A DNA stretch of 64,000 nt, taken from NCBI RefSeq assembly GCF_006345805.1, contig NC_043013.1, forward strand, positions 23,374,001-23,438,000, read 5' to 3'. A program made the translations under genes and the position numbers. Under the pieces are notes generated by a model. The model had not been told where the DNA came from, made no database searches, and saw only the letters and a program-made list of their open reading frames with translations. The DNA is from Octopus sinensis. Taxonomy: Eukaryota. Numbering within the stretch: the first letter of the stretch is position 1; each line of letters begins with the position of its first letter. Shown here in pieces: positions 53,505-64,000 of the stretch.

Positions 53505-54753
53505 TTGGTTTGGCAAGAAAGTAATTTCATTTTTCGCAAATAGTTACAACTATTTTGAATGACTTTTGTCAATGTTAAGATTTTTTACTTTTGACATTTT
53601 GATAGCTGTTACTTTTAGCTTACTTCAGAAGCAAATTGCGTGTAATTTTATTTACAGCTGTTAGTTCAGTGTCAATTTTAACATGGAGTGCAAAAACAAA
53701 CATTTTTGCCACATTTTACTTTTTTATTTCCATGAAGGCAAGAAAGCTGCTGAGTCTCACAAAGAGAAATGTGAAGTTTATGGTGTTGATTGCTTAACAG
53801 AACACACATGTCAGAAATGTTTTAAAAAATTCCGTTCAGGATATTTTTCACTCAAAGATGACCAACATTCTAGTTGACCTACTAAAGTTGATTATGAACA
53901 ACTCAAAGCCATAATTGAATCTGATTGTCATGTAACTGTGCGGGAGATTGCAGAGAGGTTAAATGTTATCACACACAACAATTGAGAACCACTTAAAATG
54001 TTTTGGACTCCTTAAGAAGCTTGATATTTGGGTTCCACAACAAATCAATATTTGCGATCTGCATCTCAAACGCAATGAAATTGACCCTTTTTTTTTTAAA
54101 CGAATCATCACTGGTGATGAAAAATGCAATGTCTACAATAACATCAATCATTGACAATCATGGTCCAAGCATAATGAACCAGCACTAACCACATCGAAAG
54201 CTGAATTGCATCAAAGAAAGGTCATGTTGTCAGTTTAATGGGATTACAAAGGTGCTGTGTACTTTGAGCTGCTTCCAAGGAACCAAATGATCCATTCAGA
54301 TGTTTACTGTTAACAATTAATAAAACTGGAGGAAGCAATCAAAGACAAACGGCCAGAATTGGCAAATCATAAAGGAATTGTGTTCCACTATGACAACTCT
54401 AGACCACATACGTCTTTGCTAACTGATGAAAAATTATTGGAGCTTGGTTGGGAAGTGATGTCACATCCACCATATAGCCCTGACCTTGCACCATCAGATT
54501 ACCATTTATTCTGAAGTTTGCAAAATTCTTTGAATGGTAAAACTTTCAATAATGATGATGGCCTGAAATTGCACTTGCTTCAGTTTTTGGCTGATAAGAA
54601 CCAAAATTTCTTTGAATGCAGAATCAAAAAGATGACAAAAGGTTATTGAACAAATTGGAAAATATATAATCGATTGAAGTTCATTCTTTGTATGTAAAAA
54701 AAATGACTTTTATTTCACACTTAAAGACTAAAATTACTTTCTTGCCAACCCAG
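53505..54753 (+). mobile_element. Full-length decayed mariner (DD34D) transposon
   Basis: TA TSDs. TIR ttggtttggcaagaaagtaattt / aaattactttcttgccaacccag. About 1.25 kb. Confidence 0.93.
53683..54677 (+). pseudogene. Mariner transposase pseudogene
   Basis: HFCHILLFYF HTH, WVP, ITGDEK, YDNSRPH and HPPYSPDLAPSDYHLF motifs, with multiple stops and frameshifts. Confidence 0.92.
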
Positions 54754-54880
54754 TATTCACACACACACACACACATATTAATATATATACACTCACATAC
54801 CTACATGCATACACACGCATACATCTATCTTTCTATATATATATATATATGCTTGTGTGTGTTTGTGTGTGTATACATAC

Positions 54881-54924
<44 letters not shown>

Positions 54925-54937
54925 CCCACACATATAT

Positions 54938-55440
54938 ATTGGGTGTCCCAAAAGTCACTGATGGATTTCAGTTTTTAATAACTTCCTTAACTTTACAGAT
55001 AAATGCATGAAATTTTGATATAATATATAAAAGACATAATGGAAATTAATATGTATGAGTCAGATGTTGCAACACGACTTCATCACACATGAAAAACGAT
55101 ATCACTTAAATGGAAGCCATTTTTGGTTTCACACTTCCATGCTCTTTCCAAAACTTGCACCATAACACCCTCAAGAGTTTCAGACCCCACTTCTCTGATT
55201 TCTCTATTGGTGTTCTTCCTTCAGTTACACCAAGATCTCTGGTTTGTTGACGTAAACCCTCTCTTTCAGGCCAGTTGACATTGCTGTAGTGGGACATGAT
55301 TCTCTCTCCAAGGCACTGCCATAGCAACTGCATTGTTTCTCTTGCGGTATGAGCAGTTGTCCTATCTTGCTGGAACCATGTGGGAGGACTACTTTGAATG
55401 GCCTTCACGTTCCCCAGACTTGACTGTTTTTTGGAGAGAC
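54938..55440 (-). mobile_element. Tc1/mariner-superfamily fragment (internally deleted)
   Basis: WFQQDRTTAHTARETMQLL...GERIMS...NWP catalytic segment, with a TA-ttgggtgtcccaaaa terminus. Confidence 0.7.
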
Positions 55441-55589
55441 ATTTTGAATATGTTGTGTAGGAGGGAAGGCAGTGAAGAAGTCTGTTTTTGTAAAAGTGTT
55501 TAGTTTGGAAGTGAAGTCATAGTGTGTGTGTGTGTGTGTGTGGTGCAGTATGTAACATGACATGGCTTGCAAATTCAAGACAGTTTGTA

Positions 55590-56048
55590 TAATGTGACTG
55601 GCATCTGTGCTAGTGGAGCGCTAAGAGCAGATTCCGAATGTGATTGTTGCCAGGGTCGCTGACTAGCTCCCATGCCGGTGGCATGTAAAAAGCACCGTTC
55701 AACCGTGATCGTTATCAGCATTACCTTACTGGCACTTGTGCCGGTGGTACATGAAAAACAACATTCGAGCAAGGGTGTTGCTGGACTGGCTCCTGTGCAG
55801 GTGACACGTAGAAACACCATTTGAGCGTATCCATCGCCAGTACTACCTGACTGACTGGCCCTCGTGCCGGTGGAACATAAAAGTACCCACTACACTCTCA
55901 GAGTGATTGGCGTTAGGAAGGACATCCAGCTATAGAAACTTTGCCAGATCTGATTGGAGCCTGGTGCAACCATCTAGCTCATCAGTCCCCAGTCAAACTG
56001 TCCAATCCATGCCAGCATGGAAAGCGGACGTTAAACGACGATGATGAT
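55590..56048 (+). mobile_element. Family C (RTE-like) repeat
   Basis: Ends gcatggaaagcggacgttaaacgacgatgatgat. Confidence 0.85.
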
Positions 56049-56089
56049 AGAATAGTGTTACTTCTACTAGTTAATGTTTGAAGAACAGT

Positions 56090-56912
56090 GTGGCAGAGTT
56101 TGTCATGTAACCAAATATATAAAGTACAGATATGTATAGAGGCATCCAAGCCATGCTCAGTGATGCTTTCAGTAAGGTGAAGGTCAGAAGTGAGTACAGC
56201 TACAAATTTAGTGTGCAGGTAGGAGTTCACCAAGGTTCGGTTCTCAGCCCCCTCTTGTTTATCATAGATCTCTAGGCCTAACTGAGAAATTTAAAACTGG
56301 TTGCCCTTGAGAGTTCCTCTATGCTTATGACTTTGTTCTTATTGCTGAATCACTGCAGAAATAGAAAAGAAATTTCAGGTGTGGAAGCAAGGTCTGAAAT
56401 CAAAGGGCCTTAGAGTTAATTCAGCAAAGACCAAAGTCTTAGTAAGTAGAACAGACAAATCATGAATCCTTTCAAGGGTATAGCCCTGCTCGATATGTAT
56501 TGTAGAAAAGGTGTAAGTAGAAATTCTATATGGTGTACCCAGTGCAAGCTATGGACAAATAAGAGGTACAGTAAAATCACAGAAAGGTTATCAGAGAAAG
56601 TAGTTTTTGTTTGTGGTAGTTGTGCAGGAAATAGATTTCCTCAAATGTGGCACCTTTGGAGGTTGTAGATAATTTTCTTTACCTAGGTGATTTAATTAGC
56701 GGCAGTGGTGGTTGCTCTGAAAGTGTACTTACTGGAATGAGAACCGGCTGGGTATTATCTTTGTTGGTCACAATATGCTTCCCCTCAGAAAGAAAGGCAG
56801 ATTGTCAGATGTTACACAGCAGTGAAACAAGGGCTGTGACTGCAGAGGACATGTGAAGGCTTGAAAGAAATGAAAGCAGCATGCTCCACTGGATGTGCAA
56901 TGTTAGTGCAGG
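56090..56912 (+). pseudogene. RTE-like LINE reverse transcriptase fragment
   Basis: GVHQGSVLSPLLF and LYA(Y)D motifs, followed by EVVDNFLYLGD. Stops and frameshifts present. Confidence 0.85.
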
Positions 56913-57466
56913 CACAATAAGGTGTAAATGGTTTCTGCATGGCCTCTGTCCCCCTCTTGGTTACATCTTCACCGTCTTTCCACTCCATCTGAGGAAGCCA
57001 TGTCTCTCTTGTAATGCAAGACACCTTTTCTGTCCCTCTGTACCCACCATCCAGTTGTGGGGTCTTGTCCTACAAGTTACTTGATCACCTCAATGCTGCC
57101 AGTGCCACATAAAAAGCACTCAATACACTCTGTTAGGTGTTAGGAAGAGCATCCAGTTGTAAAAACCATGTTAAAATAGACATCAGATACTGTCCAATCC
57201 ATGCCAGCATGGAAAATGGATGTTAAATGATGATGAAAAGCTATATAATTGTTTTAATGGCTATTTTTCCATTGATGCATGGTTTAGCCTCAAAGTAGAT
57301 TTTCCATGGCTGGGTACCCTTCTTTTCACTAAACCCCACCTGTTTCAAGTAAAACAACATCTCTCCACATGGCTGGGCATGTTTTTGCAGAAGGTTGAAA
57401 ATGGGCAACGTTAATTGTGAGACAGTGACACACACACACTATCATGTGATGTCAAAATGAGGAGAC

Positions 57467-57523
<57 letters not shown>

Positions 57524-58519
57524 CACACATGCACAAATGTACATGATTGCATGTGATGCTCTTTCACTCCAATTGTGAGGAATGAATCTTTCCTCTGTTT
57601 GAACGATGAAGCTACTTCCTCATTGTATTTATAATGGAAGCAGCAAAGGATTGCACAGACTCTTGTACTCTTAACAAGAACCACTGTGGGACAATGGGTG
57701 TGTGTGTATGTGTGTTGTGACACATGCCTGGCATTCTCAATTATTGGTAGGCTTACAGTTCATCTTTTTTCCACCCAGATCCATTAATGTGGCTTGGATC
57801 TACCCTAGGCTATGGTACTAGACATTTGTCCAAGATTCCACATGGAAGGATTCGTTCTGCAACCACACACACACACGCCATGAAGCTTATACAAAATTCA
57901 GTTCCTGCAATGTGAAATGAAGTTGTGACCATCTTGTTTACATGACACAGTAGCCATCTTCCAACCACTTGATCTACTTCACATGGTTACTTTTTTGTTT
58001 CTGTTTTTTTTTTTTTGTTTAGCATTTAGTGTTTAAAATATGGATTTAGAACAGAAACTAAAACAAGAGGGAAAGTTGGAGAGAATGTCAGACAATGGAA
58101 CGAAGAAAACACAGAAAGCGTTTTTCTGATGACATTTCCAGAGTGTTTAAATTAATTTACTGTTGGCATTATCTTGCAGATCTTGTTTAGACTTCTGATC
58201 TTATGGCACAGCTTCAGCAAACATGGGTGGGTTTGTGTGTGTGTGTATGTATAAAGTTGTTTATATGATTGTGTGTGTGTGTTTGTAATTAGATTGGTTG
58301 GCATGTGTCTGTGTGTAGTATCTATATGGTTTTCTGTATATTGTTGTTTGTATCTACATATTCTTGTATGTGTTATATGTTAAATTGCAATAGAGTATCT
58401 GTATATACATACATACATACATACATACGTGTGTGTGTGTGTGTGTGTGTGATATGTATGCACATCTGCAATATAAAGTTTATATATATGTTATTTAATA
58501 GACACAGTACATGTTTTTA

Positions 58520-58576
58520 TGTGCTATTATTAGTTTCATATGTTGAGAAATACCTCAAACATATTCATCAGGCACA
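58520..58576 (-). ncRNA. Type I hammerhead ribozyme motif in a PLE 3' repeat
   Basis: - strand: tgtgc CTGATGA atatgtttgag-gtattt-ctcaacatat GAAA ctaataa TA gcaca. Stems I and II pair; stem III has a mismatch. Confidence 0.7.
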
Positions 58577-58776
58577 AACCACATATCATAACGAACTAAA
58601 AATTGAATGATAGGAGATATGGAAAAGGTTGAAAAGGAAGCATATAGAAAATGTGGAAGGTTAAAAAACAGAAAATGCAAAAGTAAAAAGTAAAAAAGGT
58701 GAACGAGTTATCGTCCTTAGGCTTTGAATTATAAAGCTGGAAAGATATCAAGTTAATCAGATATAGGTGAAATTTT

Positions 58777-59385
58777 TCAGTTCTTCAAAATGTACTTAGG
58801 CATATGTTTACAACTGCTGAAAATTTCAGGCCTAGAGTTTTGTAGTGAGTTAGGGATCCCAGATCTGAAAAGAATGTGAGCTTTTTCAGTTAAATATAGC
58901 TTACATTTACTTGATCCATTCACATAATGTGTTGATTTTTCAATTATTTTCTACTTAATCACATGTGGTATTGCATTAGATTTCAAACTCCACATGTAGC
59001 TAGCCAACTTAGTAGTTTGCTTTTGTCCTCCTGTCAGAAGGAGGCTATGTTATTGGCATAGCGATTTTTAAATTCACCTTCACATAATCCAATATAGGTC
59101 TTCTTATCAATTGTATTATTGTTTAGGGTTGCAGTAACTTTTGCCTCATATGATAGATTTATTCATACATCATTGGTCAAGTGGACAAGATCCTGGGTCA
59201 CAACAGTTACAACTGGATTTAGGCTCTTGGTATTGACCACTTGTAATGTTACTCTTCATATTGGGGCAGCAACAATATGATAATTTCACAGAACGCCAAT
59301 TTTTCCTGTATTTGTGAGTTACTGGAAAGTGTTTGTCTAGGAGAGACAGAAATCTTTTACCTGTGTTAGTTTTTATATTAACCCA
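58777..59385 (-). pseudogene. Penelope-like element linker plus GIY-YIG endonuclease remnant
   Basis: TNTGKRFLSLLDKHFP...VKLSYCCCPNM...CNCCDPGSCPL...YEAKV...TYIGLCEGEFKNRY...YMWSLK...CKLYLTEK...EIFSSCKH...*. Contains stops and frameshifts. Confidence 0.85.
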
Positions 59386-59652
59386 TGAACGGAACTTAGT
59401 TATACAGTTCTATATTTAAGAGATGAGGAATTATGTACATTATTTACATTTGATGGATATTTGTCCTCATCTTGTTTGTTGTTAACAGAACGTTTCGGCT
59501 GATTATACCCTCCAGCCTTCATCAGATGTCTTAACCACTACGCCATATGCCCACGGGCATATGGCGATGTGGTTAAGAGCATGGGCTACTAACCCCAAGA
59601 TTCCCAGTTCGATTCCAGGCAGTAACCTGTATAATAATAATGATAATAATAT

Positions 59653-59890
59653 CCTGCCCATATCCTACGCAAAATACTTTCTATGTAATCTCAAGTTTTA
59701 AAACAAACATAATTTTCTTATGGTTTCTTAAACATTCTCAAGAACAACACTTTGTACAAAACCAAATATATGGTACCCAAGGTATAACACCAACATGAAC
59801 TTCCAACTTGTTGTCCCTTGAGGTCTCTGGGTGAGACTTGGAGCCAACTTGTACAAATGTAAAGCAAAAGTCAAACATAAAATAATAATA
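59653..59890 (+). mobile_element. R4/Dong-like LINE 3' end inserted in a (TAA)n tract
   Basis: AHILRKILSM* ORF end, then a 3' UTR, flanked by TAA repeats. Absent from copy 1 at 13.7 kb. Confidence 0.65.
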
Positions 59891-59939
59891 TTGAAAAATA
59901 CCTTAGGAATGAGAACCCAGGTTCGAAATTTCCCAAAGT

Positions 59940-59983
59940 CACCTGATGAAGGCTGGAGGGTATATCAGCCGAAACGTTGTGTT
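59940..59983 (+). ncRNA. Minimal type I hammerhead motif (palindromic stem III, dimer-type)
   Basis: cac CTGATGA a ggctg-gagggtatat-cagcc GAAA cgtt gtg. Confidence 0.6.
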
Positions 59984-60064
59984 AACAACAAACAAGATGA
60001 GGACAAATATCCGTCAAATGTAAATAATAGTTATGTTTTAGATGTTACACACGAACAGAAAATA

Positions 60065-60201
60065 TGACAGTTTCAGTAGCATTATAACCCAAACTGTCTA
60101 ACCTTTCAAATAAAGGTATTGACGTAAATAGATTGTCCACATATATATATATATATGTATATATATATATTATATATATATATATTATATATATATATAT
60201 T

Positions 60202-60284
<83 letters not shown>

Positions 60285-60305
60285 GCACACACATACACAT
60301 ATATA

Positions 60306-60352
<47 letters not shown>

Positions 60353-60369
60353 GCACACACATACACATA

Positions 60370-60401
<32 letters not shown>

Positions 60402-61609
60402 TAATATATATATATATATGATAAGGTAATTCTCTTTTTTTCCTGATATTGCTCAAAGATGTAGTACTGACACAGCACACACTTGCCATAATTCATTTCA
60501 TCTAACTCATTCCCTTGGTATATTTTTCCCTGATAGAGCTCAAAGGCAATTAGATATCCAATAGAAGAATTTTGGCACCCAACCTTATATCCGAATCTTA
60601 TTGGCTTGTTTCTTATGCATTGTTTGCATCCATGTTTTCCAAAGTCCTCGATCATCACTTCACCATGCGAAATCTGCTGGGTTGTTACAAAATGTTGCAA
60701 AAACTTTTCTTGCAAATGTGTAATTAGTGATCTTAACCTCTTATATTCATCAATTGTGTTGAAACTTTTGTTGTCTTGAAAATGGAGGCATTTCATGATT
60801 AAGTCAAATCAATCCCTTCTCATAGCTTCATTCACAGCCACATTTCTCAAGTCGTTACTGGCCGCCCAGTAGTGTACTTTACTTGGCAATGGATTATAGC
60901 CTGATGCTATCAAAACAGCAAAAAGTACTTTTAACTCTTCTTTAGTCACACTTTGCCAGTTTCTATACAGCGAATACTCTATACTTTCACTGATAATGTA
61001 ATTAAGTAGCAATCCACCAAAAACCCACTCAAAAAGTTCTACTGCAGAAAAATCTCTGTTTGCGAAATAATTTCCTTGGGGAAACGTAGGTTGCAATTTA
61101 GAGCTTGGGTTTTGGACCAAACAGATAATGGCTTTGGTGGATATAATTTTCGTTTTCGACTTCCATGTGGATCCACAGGCGTTGTTAGGTGAGAAGCGGC
61201 AGTTAGGGATGTAGGTTCAACTTCAGTATCTTTTTGATTAGTTGTTCTGAGATAAGCTTTTGCTGGGGCAACTAAGTTGCTTTCCTAACAAATTTTCTAT
61301 GCAGCCATTCTTCTTCATCTCCTGAACTTCCATCAGTTAGTGTACTAACGTTTGGAGGCTCTATGGAAATATCCATTGCCCCTGCATCCACATTATTTTC
61401 AAGAATATCCAATACTTTGTTCAAATCTAAAATCCTACAATATTTTATAAAGCATATTTTATATGAAAATGTACACTTATTCTCCTTGCAAGAATTTTAT
61501 CAAAATTAAGTAGAATACACACTCGTACCTCATGTGAGTGTCACTAAAAAACACAAACTGTTTCCATAAAAATAAAATGCAAAAATACTTACTTTTTATT
61601 AGATATCAT
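60065..61609 (-). pseudogene. piggyBac-family transposase pseudogene (3'-truncated), split by a (TA)n expansion
   Basis: IEPP...LTDGSSGDEEE N-terminus, GKHGCKQCIRNKPIRFGYK, and [10 protein letters not shown]...GYNAT beyond the microsatellite. Confidence 0.9.
60137..60420. repeat. (TA)n-rich compound microsatellite
   Basis: Seen directly. Confidence 0.97.
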
Positions 61610-62154
61610 AAGGATCTTCCTTCATAATTCTATATCTTGAAAAATGAAGCAATTCACATACACTAAAACATGTTGGTGCTGATTAAATTGATTATAAGAT
61701 TTAAATGCTAACCTAGCAGTCTGCAGAATAGAAATAAATCATTAAATGAGTATTGCACAATAAAAGCTATGGACATGCAAAGGAAGCATACACTTTACGC
61801 CAAATATGGTGCTCTAGGAGAATGTGGGTTAAGAGAAAAGGGAGGAGCGAACCAAATGATTTTCCTTGGCTTATTTTTAGGTCTATTATTATTATTATTA
61901 TTATATTATTATTATTATTATTATTATTAATAATATTAGAAGGGTTATATATTATTCTTGGCAGTGAAAAGTCCAAAAGAACATGGTCAGGTCACTGAGA
62001 AAAAAGAACTCAACGTTGTTTGAGTTTCCAGATTTTAGTCCATGACCATGAATCTGTCATCATCCAGCAAAATGTATTTTGTCACATTTATGAATTAAAC
62101 TAATTAAAGTTTATATATATGTGTGTGTGTTTGTATATTAGTGTGTGTGTATAA

Positions 62155-62928
62155 TAAGGAAGACGGCTATATACAATATAAAACCAAAAAACAAAAGTTC
62201 AGTTGTCACTAGTTGAGGGTGCAGAGTAGCACTTACATTGCTAGAAATAAGAGCTAAAAAGGCCTTACAGCTGCAGGAACACTAAGGAGTGATAACCACC
62301 TCACAGCGACCAAGATCACTATACTATAGTTTTGTTTGAAAATTTCAAACTCATCAGCAGTGACTCCTCCGTAGTTGGATGGTTTAAGCTAAATCCCAGC
62401 TGTCAGAAAATATGTTTACCATATTAATTCATGGTTGAATTGGCAAAATGCTAGAGCAAAAATTATAAATTAATGAAGGCGGCTATACGCAGTATTAAAC
62501 TTAAAAAAGAAAAATTCAGTTGTTACTAGTTGTGACTGAGAGTGCAGGATAGCACCTACATTGCTAGAAATAAGAGCTAAAAAGGCCTTACAGCTGCAGG
62601 AAGCACATTCCTATGCACTGAGAGGGGAAATAACCACCCCACAGTGAGCGAGGTTCCCATACTAGTCTAGTTTTGCTTTGAATTAAAGTTCCTCTGTGGT
62701 GACTATTCCATTGCTGGATGATTTGGTTATATGCTGACTGCTAGTGTTTAGTGTTTACCATTTGTATTAGTGGAGGATTCTGTAAAATGGTAAAGTGGAA
62801 ATTATGGAATAATGAAGGCGGCTAATCACAATATCAAACCAAAACAGAAAAATACAATTGTCACTACATTGCTAGAAATAAGAACTAAAAAGCTCTTGTA
62901 GCTGCAGGAAGCACTTATCTATGCACTG
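62155..62928 (-). repeat. ~2.4 diverged tandem units of ~316-339 bp carrying a hammerhead motif (retrozyme-like)
   Basis: Units start at ~62155, 62471 and 62810 (taa.gaag.cggcta...acattgctagaaataaga). HHR at 62316-62363. Confidence 0.8.
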
Positions 62929-63457
62929 ATGTGTGTGTGTGTAGATATGTGCCTACATATCATCATCATCATCACCACCACCATTGAATCTCCATGTTCC
63001 ATTTTAGCACGAGTTGGATGCTGTGTCCAAGGACTGTTTTCGCCCGGCTTTTATGCTTGGATGATCTTCCTAACATTAACCACTTTACAGCATGGATTGG
63101 GGGCTCTTTATATACAACTTGCAGAACTACAAACCCTGGGGGCAGGGAGGGGTCAGTTTCATGCCAGTGGACAAGGGATTGAACTCTGAGAAGTCAGATA
63201 GGGTTGTGCAGATCTTTGTTGAAGATCTTATGTAAATTCCGTATCTTGAATCTCAGGAGTGGTGGTCATTGTCATTGCAGTGATTGAAATATCAGACATA
63301 CCTGCCTCGATGCATTAATCCCCACACCCTTAACCTTCCATAGTTTCCTCATTTGTGATGATACACTGTAGGGGTAGCAGAAGCAACACCCAACTTCATC
63401 CACACCCCACCCCACCCCACTCACAATTATTCAAACAGAAAAAAAATTTTGATTAAC

Positions 63458-63479
63458 TACTATCATTCATTATATATAT

Positions 63480-63515
<36 letters not shown>

Positions 63516-63737
63516 ATGAATGATAGTATATATATATATATAATGAATGATGTATATATATATAATGAATGATAGTATATATCATAATATAATGAATGAT
63601 AGTATATATCATAATATAATGAATGATAGTATATTTATATATATATATATATATAATATATATATATATATAATGAATGATAGTATATATCATAATATAA
63701 TGAATGATAGTATATTTATATATATATATATAATATA
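63458..63737. repeat. AT-rich minisatellite (~27-bp tatatatcataatataatgaatgatag core) with an inverted copy at the left edge
   Basis: Repeated taatgaatgatagta; tactatcattcatta at 63458-63472 is the inverted copy. Confidence 0.9.
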
Positions 63738-64000
63738 AAATTTTAATCCATTTCTTTCTTTCATTCCATTTCAAAACTCAGGAATTTCAATTTCCATTCC
63801 ATTTCATTATATTTTATTTTATTTTCTTCTATTTAATCTAATTTTATTTTATTTCATTTCTCTTTTCATTTTATTTACTTTTCATCTTTTGTTCACTCAA
63901 AAAGTTTCCGGAAATGAGTTTTTACTAGTATCATCATCATCATCATCATCATCGTTATTTTAAAATTAGAAATTTTTAAATTGAAATAGCAACAACCAAA

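Larger units (their letters stand above)
59407..60028. mobile_element. Composite inverted-repeat element: tRNA-like head, (TAA)n, hammerhead tail (copy 2)
   Basis: 59439-59532 is the reverse complement of ~59936-60028. tRNA-like 59555-59628. HHR cores at 59943-59974 (+) and ~59484-59530 (-). Confidence 0.8.

Noticed and set aside
59555-59628. Functional tRNA gene
   Set aside because: A- and B-box-like motifs are present, but I see no proper acceptor stem and it is embedded in a repeated composite element.

Overview
This is AT-rich, microsatellite-dense eukaryotic DNA. The SINE families resemble those I recall from octopus (coleoid cephalopod) genomes; that assignment is an inference. Almost all listed ORFs are spurious microsatellite or SINE translations. 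The window reads best as very large introns of one + strand gene of unknown identity. One convincing coding exon lies at 46449-46594. Phase-compatible candidates are two start exons (1476-1508, 21945-21970) and two microexons (10508-10527, 26554-26577). The rest is dense TE debris: several SINE families, RTE, CR1 and R4/Dong LINE fragments, a hAT MITE, TTAA (piggyBac-type) MITEs, decayed mariner/Tc1 and piggyBac transposons, and Penelope-like elements (PLEs). The most notable signal is a set of type I hammerhead ribozyme (HHR) motifs from several unrelated families. They occur behind PLE ORF ends (58520-58576, 23748-23802), in a ~320-340 bp tandem retrozyme-like array (62155-62928), and in a twice-present composite of tRNA-like head, (TAA)n and HHR tail with a PLE-style inversion (13563-13870, 59407-60028). 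TE boundaries are approximate unless TSD/TIR positions are given.
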